The position numbers and the translations under genes were made by a program. The notes below the pieces were generated by a model that ran no database searches, was not told the DNA's origin, and saw nothing but the letters and a program-made list of their open reading frames with translations. Of a stretch of 64,000 nucleotides of DNA, positions 13,538-25,900 are shown one piece after another (position 1 is the stretch's first letter; every line of letters begins with the position of its first letter). The stretch is from Gekko japonicus. Taxonomy: Eukaryota. The stretch spans positions 1 to 64,000 of the forward strand of contig NW_015159767.1 of the NCBI RefSeq assembly GCF_001447785.1, read 5' to 3'.

Positions 13538-13577
13538 TTAGTAAGGGGAATACCATGAGGTCGATCTGGCCCGGCCC
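13538..13577 (-). CDS. PABPN1: PABPN1 last coding exon
   Basis: Acceptor ttcacag. GRARSTSWYSPY* (PY-NLS C-terminus), followed by an A-rich 3'UTR. Confidence 0.95.
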
Positions 13578-14064
13578 CTGTGAAGAGAAGAAGGGAAGGT
13601 GTTAATGGAAAGCTATTGGAGAAGGCGATGAATAAAATGTCATCACCCCTAAAGCCAGAAATATCCAAGACGGAGGTGGGGAAAAGCCCGGCACCTCTTA
13701 AGAGCGGCAGGACGGAGCCCAGAAATTTCAGTTTCTGGGGTAAGGCAGGCTTAATCCTCCAGAAAGGTATGACATCCCACCCCCCAATATCTGAACAGAC
13801 ACCTTTGCATCCTGACTACAGTCCTGCACAAAACCAGGCATAAAATTAAGAACCTGGTGGCATTTTGAAGCAAAAGAATTGTATATTGCGCATTATTTCA
13901 AACCTTATCTTTCAAATCTGATTCAAGGAGCCCTTAAAGAAGGATTTCGGGGTACAGTTCTGGTGATAAAATATTAAACTGTTCAAATTAGCTTGCAGCT
14001 TTTGCCACTCAATTAGCTGTTGCGGATTTTCCGGGCTGTGTAGCCGTGGTCTTGGCACTGTAGG

Positions 14065-14107
14065 ACCTGACGTTTCGCCAGTAGCTGTGACTGGCATCCT
14101 CAGAGGT
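14065..14107 (-). ncRNA. Minimal type I hammerhead ribozyme motif (Penelope-type), PABPN1 sense strand
   Basis: ACCT-CTGAGGA-T-GCCAG(loop)CTGGC-GAAA-CGTC-AGGT: intact CUGANGA/GAAA core, stems I and II, GUC cleavage triplet. Confidence 0.65.
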
Positions 14108-14166
14108 ATAACACAGAAAGATGGAGTACACAGAGACACAGAGAGTACTCTATCTTTCTGTGTTAT

Positions 14167-14209
14167 ACCTCTGAGGATGCCATTCACAGCTACTGGCGAA
14201 ACGTCAGGT
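14167..14209 (+). ncRNA. Minimal type I hammerhead ribozyme motif (mirror copy)
   Basis: ACCT-CTGAGGA-T-GCCA(loop)TGGC-GAAA-CGTC-AGGT. Confidence 0.62.
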
Positions 14210-15153
14210 CCTACAGTGCCAAGACCACGGCCACACAGCCCGGAAAATCCGCAACAGCTAATTGAGTGGCAAAAGCTGCAAACTAATTTGATAGTTTTAA
14301 NNNNNNNNNNNNNNNNNNNNNNNNNNNNNNNNNNNNNNNNNNNNNNNNNNNNNNNNNNNNNNNNNNNNNNNNNNNNNNNNNNNNNNNNNNNNNNNNNNNN
14401 NNNNNNNNNNNNNNNNNNNNNNNNNNNNNNNNNNNNNNNNNNNNNNNNNNNNNNNNNNNNNNNNNNNNNNNNNNNNNNNNNNNNNNNNNNNNNNNNNNNN
14501 NNNNNNNNNNNNNNNNNNNNNNNNNNNNNNNNNNNNNNNNNNNNNNNNNNNNNNNNNNNNNNNNNNNNNNNNNNNNNNNNNNNNNNNNNNNNNNNNNNNN
14601 NNNNNNNNNNNNNNNNNNNNNNNNNNNNNNNNNNNNNNNNNNNNNNNNNNNNNNNNNNNNNAATAACAGGACCCAAGGTCCTGTTATTTGATAATAACTG
14701 GGATTGCTGCACACTCAGATAAAGTAAATATTGCGAAACGAATGTTCACATTGTGCAGTATTCGTTCGCGTGTGAGCAATGACAGAAGGATATTCCTTAC
14801 AGAACTACAGAAACATTTCAGTAAATGTTTTTGCAACTTATCTTTATTGACTCTTCGTTATTTTTATCACGGATGTTGTTTTTGGAGTTTCACCTCTTCC
14901 CATGATCTCTCATTTTGGCTTCCGGAAAACTGGAAGAAGGCCAGTTTTCTGGTCCTCTCCCCTATCACATGGCATCTTCGCGCCAGAGAAGCCTTAAGGC
15001 ATGGCTCCCTGAAGACCCTGCTCAACCCCCAAAGACACCCCTCGCTCCATTCCACAGTCCACCCCAGGCCCCCCTCTTCCCCTGGCATGAGCCCCACCCA
15101 CTCAGTGCCAGGTCCCCCCACCCTCCACCCCACTGCCATGGCTCTGACAGAAC

Positions 15154-15302
15154 TGTAGCCCTCGGGGTGGCCTGCTACTGAAGCCACTGTAGAAACGGGC
15201 CCGGGAGCTGCTGTAGCCGGATCCTCTCCCTCGGTACCGGGTCCGGGGGAATCCCCGGTCTGTGGTGCTGATGCCGGGGCGGTTGGTCCGTTTGGGTATC
15301 AC
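15154..15302 (-). CDS. PABPN1: PABPN1 exon 6 (Arg-rich tail; 3' boundary uncertain)
   Basis: Acceptor ttgcag. [45 protein letters not shown]. Only a weak in-frame donor (CA|GTTCTG) is found at the expected end. Confidence 0.85.
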
Positions 15303-17365
15303 CTGCAAAAAGAAACCCCAGATGTTGGGAGATGTCTTACGCATGTAAAGCTTTGAGAACAGCGGTACCAGAAGCCCTGTAATTTAGGTGGGGCTGGCCG
15401 TAAGGACAATTAAGAAGTCACAGAACAGCCCTGTCCTGGATAGCCCAGGCAAGCCCGATCTCGGAAGATAAGCAGGGTCAACTCCGGCAAATATCTGGAT
15501 GGGAGACCTCCTTGGAATACCAGAGCCAGCAGGCAGGGGCAGGCTTTATTCAGCCAAATCTCTGCATATCCTCCATGCCCCTAGTAGGGGTCAGTCACCA
15601 GAGTCACTATGACTTCCAGGCACACACGCGCACACACAAAAGTACAAAAATACCAAGAAGAGGCAGAAGAAGAAGCAGAAGAAGAAGCAGAAATCACAGA
15701 ACAAAGTTCAAGTCTGGGGAGGGGGGGGGGGTTCCTTTACGACCAACAAAGTTTTATTCAAGGTATAAGCTTTCGTATGTGTGCACACAAAATTTTATAC
15801 CTTGAATAAAACTTTAAGGAACTGCAGCTGGTGCAAATGCAGCAGCCAGTTCTTTATGAGAATTGGCTAGGCCAGTCACACGTTAGCTGCCAAACGGTTC
15901 ATCTGGGTTCAATTCCATTCAAGGTGCATGTTTCTGCCATTAAAATTAAAGCCGTTTATGGCCTGGTGTCAGACTCCTGCAGCAATCAGTTCCCAACAGC
16001 TTTCATCCAAAGAAGTAAAGCTTATTGAGACATTTGATAGTATGCAGGTATCTTAACCATCTCGTGTTAGAACTGAGCTAAAGTGTGCGAAGCAAACAGA
16101 TATACGTTGGTCAAAGAGACCCCCCTAATGGCCCAGGGCCAATCAGGGGCCAGGTAAGAGCCCGCCAAACTAACGGGCTACTTTCCCCAGGAGAAATACT
16201 GCACCAGGCATTGAAGGTCATTCAGAGATAACAGAAACAGAGAAGACGCAGCAGAAATGAAAGTTAACATTGCAGACTCACCCACACTCCCATGGCAGCC
16301 AGGGCTCGCAAGAGGCCTAGCTGACACTTGGGATCCCAACCCTCTCCCTATCGCTCCCAGGGTTACGGGGCCTGCTTTATTCCTCCTTTGAGCAAGATCA
16401 GCTACAACCCAGCGGAAAACCTTCTCCACAGCAATCCCACTGTTATTTTGGCCCTCATGTATTCTTATTGATGTTGGGAGTTCAACATTGACACGGGAAA
16501 CTGTTTTTATTCAACCACTTTGAGCAGTCAGGAAAAGCAGCATTGTAAACATTTGAAATACTGCGCAGTAAACAGAACACCGTTGCCCCAGCGTGCCACC
16601 ATCCGCCATACACAGCTTGAACACACATGAAGTTGCCTTATACTGAATCAGACCCTTGGCCCATCAAGGTCAATATTGTCTACTCTGACCGGCAGCAGCT
16701 CTCCCGGGGTCTCAGGACGAGGTCTTTCACATCACCTCCTGCCCCATCCGTTCTCGGAGATGCTGGGGATTGAACCCGAGACCTCGTGCATGCCAGGGAG
16801 ATGGCCCACCACCTGAGCCACAGCCCCTTCCCCATGTTTTTCTTCCCATACTGTCTCCGTGTTTTGTTTGGGAGCATCAAGGCTTTACGGAGTACCTTCA
16901 ACCACAGATGCGGCTCCCTTGCTTGAGAGCTTGCATCTAAATTCTGAACACGGGGACAGAGAACAGTCAACGAGAATGGCAGACAACTTGCCCTGACCTG
17001 GACAGCCCAGTCAAGCTTGATCTCATCAGACCTCAGAAGCTAAGCAGAGCTGACCCTGGCAAGTATTTGGATGGGAGACCTCCAAAGAACACCAGAGCTG
17101 GGAGGCAGAGGCAGGCTATCAAGCCGCTTCTCTGAACGTCCTCCATGCCCCAGTAGGCGTCACCAGAGGTTGCCATGGCTTCCAGGCACAGGCATACACA
17201 CGCACATACGCACAACATGCAAAAATACTGGGGGGAAAAGAACAGCAGACAACTTAATCCTTGGCTAACCAGACATTATGCAAGAGACCACGGTACTAAC
17301 TCTTCACCCACAAAACCCCTCTCAGAGTCAGGATGAGGGGGTAGGAGTTGGGCCAGCCTACGTAC

Positions 17366-17453
17366 CTTTATCTGTCTTCCCCGGAAGAGAGACTCATCTA
17401 GCGCTAAGGACGTCCGCACTGACTCCTTGTCCGAAAACTCAATGTAAGCAAAC
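17366..17453 (-). CDS. PABPN1: PABPN1 exon 5 (RRM, RNP1)
   Basis: 88 bp, AG/GT bounded. [29 protein letters not shown]. Confidence 0.96.
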
Positions 17454-19158
17454 CTGCACGGGACACAACAGGATAATGATTAGGCAGTGGTTATCAGCAT
17501 GGGAAAAATGCACAGCTAACCTCTCCTCCCTGGAGACCTAAACCTGGCAGAAAAAAAACCAAAAACACTGTGGGAAGTTGGTGTCATCTCCATGACTTTT
17601 CAATTTCCCCAGCAGACATTTGGGAGAGCCCTAAAAAAAATCGTATAAAATATTCTCTTGGCATGAGTGAAAATGCCTCGGAAACACCTTTGGGATGAAC
17701 TTACTTATTCCCGATCGTATTTTTTGGTGGGCAAAATGCAGACAGAACTGCCTGCAGACCTTTTTTCTCTTAGGACATGGCCACCTGTAAATTACTAAAC
17801 AATGTCCCCAAAGTACACTCAGAGTTTACTGTCTGTAAACAAAAAAGCCCCCTTGGGAAAGAAACAACTCCAGAAACGTATGCATTTTGCCACTGGGGTA
17901 AAAAAACAAAAACACCACAAGTTTATTAAGCAAGCCAGGAAACCATTTAAGTGCTCTGGAAAGATAGCCATACCCCCCCTTCCAGAGAACTTGGAAAATA
18001 TTTCTTACATCAGAGATATATATGCACATGGGGCAGAATTATACCCCAAGATACAAAAAAGTTGGAAATTAATTTTTTGTTTTCCTTTAAAAACCATGAA
18101 TGCTTATGGTACTTGTCCAGGGTCTCAGGTCCATTCTTCATTTGAAACAAGAACTATAGGTTTGTAAGAATCCACATGGCTAAACATAATTCAATATGCT
18201 GAAGGGGAACATTGGATTTATCCAAATGAAACACTCTGCCTCATGTCAACGTGTGTCGTCAAGTTCTGGATGTTCTTGTACAAATATCTGGTGTGATATC
18301 CACCAAATACTTTTTTGTAGGGATGGTCCTGCCACAAGAGACACTGGAAATATACCCTATGTGCAGTATCTGCAAGTCTTTGTTTTATTTTTTTACACAA
18401 GGTAAAACACGCTTATATTCACTTAAAATATGTCGCATGACAACTTCCTATGCTGGACAATCGACAACGTTTGATAATTCCACTGCAGACAAATGCAGTG
18501 TATTTTCAGGATGGCATTAGCATAGTAATATACTCTAATGTAACTGTTATTCCAATAACCTGGTAGCTCTCCTGCTACAGTTTCACAGTGTTGATGACTC
18601 CCAAGTCTGTTTTCTAATTTCCACTCCCCCCAGCTAAGGCAGCAGAGCGTGCAGCATTTTACATTGCAAAATGCAAGTCTCAGTTACACTTGCATTTTGT
18701 ATTGCAGAAAACTGTGACACTTATACTTTTAAATTCCATAAATATGCCAAATACTTTATTTAGCTGAAAAGACTAGGTTTTTCCCCGCACATGTGCCATC
18801 AAAGAAAGAGTGGACTGTCTTAAATACGCATACATTAGTTACATGCAGTTAAAAAAAAATAGCCCTTTTGCAAGCAGCTTTTTTAAGGATTCATCTTACA
18901 TTCAAGATCATCCTTCCAGATAGTTACAGCAATACAATTTTATATGCCAAGTTAGAATTAATGGATTTTTAATTAAAACCATAATATAAATTTGGGTTTG
19001 ATAGGAACACCAATGTTATAGGTATATTTGGGAGCATGCAACCCTCCCAAAATTTCCACTCCTTCCCCTCCAAGGGAAAAACACCCCCCCCCCAGGAGGG
19101 GGCTTCAGAAGTTTTGGAAATGTTGCTTCTATTCTCCTTCCTCTATTAATTCACTCAC

Positions 19159-19265
19159 CCTTTGGGGTGACCAGTGTACTTGTCACAGAGGATGGTCACG
19201 CGATTGACAGAGCCGCAACCGTGGAAGTGGGCTTCCAGCTCTTCCGCCGTTGCTCCGTAATCCAC
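19159..19265 (-). CDS. PABPN1: PABPN1 exon 4 (RRM)
   Basis: 107 bp, AG/GT bounded. [36 protein letters not shown]. Confidence 0.96.
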
Positions 19266-19350
19266 CTAGAACAATAGGAAGATGAGGTGCGAAAAGAGAA
19301 AAGACTAGCCTCTTTTGCTGTCCCAAATGCAGGGGGGGGGGGGGACTTAC

Positions 19351-19425
19351 CTTGCCTACGTATACGGACCTGGCATCTGGTTCCTGCTTCCATCTTTTCT
19401 TCTATAGACATTATGACTGGGCCAG
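19351..19425 (-). CDS. PABPN1: PABPN1 exon 3 (apparent 7-nt insertion/frameshift as assembled)
   Basis: AG/GT bounded, 75 bp. AGPVIMSIEEKMEA, then an extra GAACCAG, then DARSVYVGK in a shifted frame. Confidence 0.9.
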
Positions 19426-20382
19426 CTGCGGAGGAAAGCAAAAGCATCAGCTGCGATTAATAAACCCAAGGAAAGAATCCTTCCTGATGTCCAGGAAGAA
19501 GCATTCATCTGAGAATCCCACCCAGAAGAGATCAGTGAGGATTTTTCTGCTTCGTTACGACTCCTTCCATGTTTCAAGACTGGGTCACACTTCCAACCAC
19601 CCCCAACAGCATCCTAGCCCAATGTACCATTCCATGCCCATGTCTTCTCTCCAAGGAAAGTAGCCATGTTTCTCTGCACATACCCTCCCCACTGACTGTG
19701 AACTTAGGCAGATCATGAGAAGGATGGCAGGAGGGGTTGCATTGGTGCTTAGTTCTCGTGGCCCTTTCTTACACGGCCAGGGAAATGCTAACTGCCACTC
19801 TAGTGTCAGAAAACAATTTTTCTCCAGGCCAGTTTGGCTGGAGATCCTGGAGGTTTTTTTGTCATCTTCTGGGTGTGGAACAGGGGTCACTGGGGGTGTG
19901 GGGTGGAAGTATTTGTGAATTTCCTGCATGGTGCAAGGGCTTGGACTAGATGACCCAGGAGGTCCCTTCCAACTCTATGATTCTATGACTTTGTGCGTGC
20001 TTATCAACTAATGTGAACTCCAGCCTTCAAGGGCAGTATTTCAAAGTTGTTTTAAAAGGTTGCATCACTTCAGAGAAAAACTACAAACACCCTACAGCTC
20101 AGATAACTCAAGAGCTGTCAAACATTCGGTGTAAAGGCCAGCTTGTATATTTCCTTCCTACCTTCTCAAACCCTCACCTACAATGACCCCTCCTTAAGCA
20201 CACTTTTTTTAAAAAGGGCAAAAGGATGTCCCAGTAGGGTTCAAAGGCCAGAAACCTCAACATGCTGAAAGACACACACCCCCATTAAACAGAACTGCAG
20301 CTTGCACTAAGGGTCTTGCCACTTACACAAGTGTGAAAATACTGATCTAGAAGAGAGGTTAAAAAAATAAAAGGATGCTCAC

Positions 20383-20497
20383 CATTGCCTGGGGGAGGGC
20401 TCATGTTCATTTGCTTCTCAACTTCATTCTGCAATTCTTTCAGCTTCTCCGCTTCCTCCTCCATCTCTCGCACACGGGCTTTAATGGCTTCCAGCTC
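20383..20497 (-). CDS. PABPN1: PABPN1 exon 2 (coiled coil)
   Basis: 115 bp, AG/GT bounded. [38 protein letters not shown]. Confidence 0.97.
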
Positions 20498-22203
20498 CTG
20501 GGGTGGGGGAAGAAGAGCGTAGATTAGAAAAACACGTTGTTGTTTCTAAGGTGCTTTCAATTCCATTCTGTTCATTCTCACCATAACTCAGTTCCCAGAC
20601 AATGTCTGCTTTTCTACATACAAAGTGCTACAAGTTTTATCTACCTCCACATTCATTTATACACCCCTTTACTCAATTATTATTATTAATTAAATTGGAT
20701 TTCTTAATCACCTAATCCCCGTAGAATAACAAAGCTCTAGGCAATGCACATCATTTTAAAAACAATTAGAAAGTTTTTAAAAACAATTAAAAAATCAAAA
20801 CATATAATAATTTATAGACCCTTTACTCAAGAGTTACAATCACCACTACCAGATAATTGCCTGCCGATCACTTCTGGCCTACTTTCAGCCACAACTCCTG
20901 ACCGCACTCAAGTCTTACTACAGGGTCCCTTAGATGCTCACCTGGCTGGCTCCCTCCAGGCATCCCACCGCCCGCCATTTCTCTTTGCACCTCTTAAGCC
21001 TCTCCCAAAATGATACTGTTACCACCCATTGTTCCCTCTAAGCTGAGTGAGTGTGAGCTAGTTCACAGTTTTTTAGCCTCTGGCTCACGCATTTTTGTCT
21101 TAGCTTGGGAGGGAGGGCTCCAGAGCAAGCTAATGTATGCACCAGCCAAACAGCTTGGAGGGAGCGTAGGTTATCCCCTTGAGTGGGCTCAGCCCACAAG
21201 AGCGCCTGTGCTTCCTATGCGGTCCAGATCTAACCTCCCTGCCCTGGAGATTTAAGACTGGACGGGGGGGGGGGGAGGCACCAGGGCCCGGACAGGNNNN
21301 NNNNNNNNNNNNNNNNNNNNNNNNNNNNNNNNNNNNNNNNNNNNNNNNNNNNNNNNNNNNNNNNNNNNNNNNNNNNNNNNNNNNNNNNNNNNNNNNNNNN
21401 NNNNNNNNNNNNNNNNNNNNNNNNNNNNNNNNNNNNNNNNNNNNNNNNNNNNNNNNNNNNNNNNNNNNNNNNNNNNNNNNNNNNNNNNNNNNNNNNNNNN
21501 NNNNNNNNNNNNNNNNNNNNNNNNNNNNNNNNNNNNNNNNNNNNNNNNNNNNNNNNNNNNNNNNNNNNNNNNNNNNNNNNNNNNNNNNNNNNNNNNNNNN
21601 NNNNNNNNNNNNNNNNNNNNNNNNNNNNNNNNNNNNNNNNNNNNNNNNNNNNNNNNNNNNNNNNNNNNNNNNNNNNNNNNNNNNNNNNNNNNNNNNNNNN
21701 NNNNNNNNNNNNNNNNNNNNNNNNNNNNNNNNNNNNNNNNNNNNNNNNNNNNNNNNNNNNNNNNNNNNNNNNNNNNNNNNNNNNNNNNNNNNNNNNNNNN
21801 NNNNNNNNNNNNNNNNNNNNNNNNNNNNNNNNNNNNNNNNNNNNNNNNNNNNNNNNNNNNNNNNNNNNNNNNNNNNNNNNNNNNNNNNNNNNNNNNNNNN
21901 NNNNNNNNNNNNNNNNNNNNNNNNNNNNNNNNNNNNNNNNNNNNNNNNNNNNNNNNNNNNNNNNNNNNNNNNNNNNNNNNNNNNNNNNNNNNNNNNNNNN
22001 NNNNNNNNNNNNNNNNNNNNNNNNNNNNNNNNNNNNNNNNNNNNNNNNNNNNNNNNNNNNNNNNNNNNNNNNNNNNNNNNNNNNNNNNNNNNNNNNNNNN
22101 NNNNNNNNNNNNNNNNNNNNNNNNNNNNNNNNNNNNNNNNNNNNNNNNNNNNNNNNNNNNNNNNNNNNNNNNNNNNNNNNNNNNNNNNNNNNNNNNNNNN
22201 NNN

Positions 22204-22288
22204 CGCCGCCGCCGCCCAGCTCCCCGTCGCCCCCCAAGGCCACGATCGCCCCTCGCCCGCCGCTGCTCGTGCCCCGCAGAGACGCCAT
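22204..22288 (-). CDS. PABPN1: PABPN1 exon 1, 5' part (remainder in N gap 21297-22203)
   Basis: ATG at 22288 in a CpG island reads MASLRGTSSGGRGAIVALGGDGELGGGG into the gap. It lies directly upstream of unambiguous PABPN1 exon 2. Confidence 0.7.
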
Positions 22289-22900
22289 CGACCCGGCCGC
22301 CGCCGCCTGCCGCACTAGCCGCCCGCTCCCGCGCTCCGACTGGCTACCTCGGGGCTCGCGCTCCCATTGGCTCCCTCGGCGCTCCGCGGCTCCTCCGGCG
22401 CAGGGCATTGGCTGGCCCGCTCCCTCGCGCCCGCCCCGCTCGAGCCACTGGCGGAGCCGGCCCGTCGCTCACGGGGACGGGGGACGACGGTTGGCTGAAC
22501 GAGGCCCAGCTTCACCATGGCGGAGGGGAGCGTCACGGGCTAGGCGGGAGGTCCGGTCTGATTGGGCGGCTCGGAGGGTTGACGGCCGCCCCCGTCCCCC
22601 CGCGCGGAGCTAAATAGGCCGTCTGTAATTCAATCACTTGTGTCCTGGGAGGGGATTGGCCGCCGGGATGAAAGGCCTGAAGGGAAGGTTGCCATTGGGT
22701 AGCCTGATTTTTTTTCCCTTTCCTCCCCCCCCAACCGTCAGTCAATCAGCGCGCGGGAGATGATTGGCTGGAAACTGAGTTTTTTTCAAATGTGGCCAGC
22801 CAGGGGCGTTTATTGGACAAAGTAGGGTCAGGGCGTGATGTTCCGCAGGGAAGTGCCAATCATATAGAGATCTGCCATTTTATTGGCTGTCCTAATTAAT
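22289..22900 (-). promoter_or_regulatory. PABPN1 CpG-island promoter/5'UTR
   Basis: High GC and CpG content, multiple CCAAT (attgg) boxes, and a YY1-like GCCATTTT near 22875, immediately upstream of the ATG. Confidence 0.7.
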
Positions 22901-25900
22901 TGATTTTTGCCCTTTCTTCGGAAGGGTTTCGAGACCCAATTTCTGATTTGTTCTGTAGCTCTCGGAGCGGGGCAGGCCAAAGTAGGGCAACGAACTGAGA
23001 CGTCGGGTTTCCTGTTGCAGTCCAGGGAATCCTCCATGTGCGGGGCAACAGCCCTGGAAATACATTTTTCATACAGAATCAGAGCCTCTCCCTCGTTACC
23101 CTGCATTGGAAACACCATCTCCTGTACTTCCCCAAAGCAGAATCCAAATACGAGAGGGGGGTAGGCTATGCTGCCTTCAAAAGACTGCGACAGGCAGCAA
23201 TTCAAGTTGCATCTGACTCACCAGAGCATATGCTGCAATATATTTTCTCAGATTACACTATACGCCTATTCGGTTTCACCAACAGCCCAATGCTCTTTTA
23301 TTCTAATTAACCCAAAAAAAATATTTAAAAATGCCAGGGATTATCCACAAAAGCCAAATAATTGTGGTGCCAGTCTCTAGGGTGATTCAATCAGGGTGAT
23401 TCAATCAGCCAGTCTCTGGGGTGATTCAACCAGGAATGCTTCCGAAAACGGCACTAGAAAGGGGCCTTTAGTCCCGCTCGCTCCGAGTTCCACATTCATT
23501 CTCATGAGGCTTCCGCCACTCATGCGTCTCACCCGGCGGCTTCGAATAAGAACCAGAAGTGAAGTTTCTCTCGAAAGTGTATTTTTTTTCATAGACATAT
23601 CTCTTTGGCTCAGGCGCCGCTACTTGTTTTTTGATTGGGCCTTTCAAATTCGTGATGGATGGCCGGGTTCCATTTCCAGGAACCAATCCCAAGGGGCGAA
23701 GGAGGAGACGGTTTAACTGCCAAGGGCCCCTTGCAACTGGCAAGCCAGGCTCCATTTCTTGGCTGGGAACTGGCCTGAAGCAGCGCCTGGTGCTGCCTGG
23801 GACTGGCTGGGGAAGCAGCGCTGGGTCATTTCTAAGAACAGCTCATTGGGCTCTGCGCTTTTCATGGCCTGGCTTTGTGAAGAGCTGTAGTACATAGGCA
23901 AGCCATGGTTGCCAGTGCCACTGCTGTCTGCCAGTGTTCCCGCTAAGCTGAGTTAGCGTGAGCCAGCTCACAGTGTTTTAGCCTCCGGCTCACACATTTC
24001 TGTCTTATAGCTCAGGAAGGATGTGGCTCCAGAGCAAACGAATTTATGCAGTGGCCAAATCGCTTACAACTTTAATGCCAGTCGCTCACAAAGTAGTATT
24101 TTTGCTCACAAGGCTCCACGGCTTAGAGGGAGTATTGCTGTCTGCCTCTTGTATTGAATGCCCACTGGGGTGCCATAAGTCTGGTGTGACTCCAGGGCTC
24201 TTTAGATACACTTGTAAGACACAAAGGGTGTCTCTGGTTGTGTTTCCCAACCCAATTTGAGATAGGGTTGCCAAGTCCTACCTTTGTAATAGTAGGGGGA
24301 GTCCCGGATGTTCCCAGGAGCCTCCCAGCATGCGCACTTTGTGCGCGCGCGCGCCGCTGTCACGTCACCCGGAAGTGACGCAATCGCATCTTGCACGTTG
24401 GGGGTGGGGCCACAATCATCTGAGGGAAAACCATAGAGTTTTCTCTCAGATGATAGAGCATCCCCCCGCAACATGCCCAACGCGATTGTGTCACCTCTGG
24501 GTGATATGTTCACGGCATGTCATGCACTTTGGGGGTGGGTCCCCCCCCGACAGCCCAATCCCTGCCGGCGGGGAACAGGCCTCTCGGGCGGGGGACTTGG
24601 CAACCCTAACTTGATAAACACACACAGTCCTGTAGAGAGGAATTCGCTAGAATTTTTGTTAATAAAGGAAGACTACAGATCTCAAGGTTTTGGAACCCTG
24701 AATACCCAACAGACTCTTCCGAGTGTTACAATGGGTGACAGCCAGGACTTTATACTCAAGACACACACAAATAAACAAGATTATTGGTTCCATTAAACAT
24801 CAACACTGACTTAACAGGTCTCTGATTGGCAGAAAACCTTTTAGGCTGGGCTTTCCCAAGTAAAGTTTTTTCTTTTAGCTGAACAATAAGTGTTTCTTTC
24901 TCTTAGACTGTCAAATTCTCAAAGTATCTATATAGCTGATATGGTTTACAAGGCGCCATTGTTCTTCGTTTAGCCAGAGACATGAGCAGTTATCGCTGGC
25001 CTACCAAGGCCATCAGCCTCAGCAAAGATAGCAAGTTAACATTTTGTTCTTTCAGCATTTTACCTTCCCAGCATGCATCCAAACAACAGTCACAAATGAA
25101 CCAAACTTAATACCTGCATACATTCATGACGTTAGAATCATAAATGGCACTTAACATATGCACCATGGAAGTGCTAAGTGCACCCACCAAGTCAAACCTG
25201 TTAGTGGCAGAGTATAAAGTGTTTCATAAACTCTGCGTACAACACAACAGTGAAATTGTGTATGTGCTTGTGAAGGGAGTTTCCATTTAAACCTAATGAC
25301 CCTTTTCTTAGGGGGGGGCCTCACTTCAAGGCCTTTCTTCTTGCAGTGTAGACAGTTTTCTTTAAGAATGAATTCATTCAAACACCAGCTCATTCAATAA
25401 CAAAGGGGAGTCATCCTTTATAGGAAAATACAAAAGGACAGGCTACAGTAGCTAAAGAAAAGTTCCCTAGACATAATTCACCCCCTGTTTACAGAATGTT
25501 TGGAATTCCTGGGAAGAACATAAAAAGAAAACAATCCAACAATAGAAAAGAGATAAGAGAGAGTTGCCGCACTGTGACCGTGAAAATGGTTGCCTAAAGG
25601 TCACGGTGTTCATTGATAGATTTTGGGCAAGGCTGAGAGAGAAGGGGCAGAAACATAAATATAGAAAATGAATTAAGAACATAATTATGCTCAGTAATCA
25701 AAACTATCTGAAGATAATGGATCCTTATTCAGCATTCTAATCATGAACGAAATTTCTCTTAACAGTGTGATATCAACACAAAATGGAGGCCTGTGTTTTG
25801 TCCAAGTAATTCCATCAGCAAATGCAAATCCCCCGGAGTGCAAAATCTAATTACCATGAAGGCCCTACACCGCCAGCCCTCTTGTCCACCCAGGATATCC

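Larger units (their letters stand above)
13983..14291. mobile_element. Palindromic Penelope-like element remnant (147-bp inverted arms, 15-nt loop)
   Basis: Arms 13983-14129 and 14145-14291 are reverse complements with a few mismatches and carry hammerhead cores. Confidence 0.7.

Noticed and set aside
13538-22288. Calling PABPN1 a pseudogene
   Set aside because: Syntenic position, intact promoter, otherwise near-perfect exons and a draft assembly make local errors more likely.
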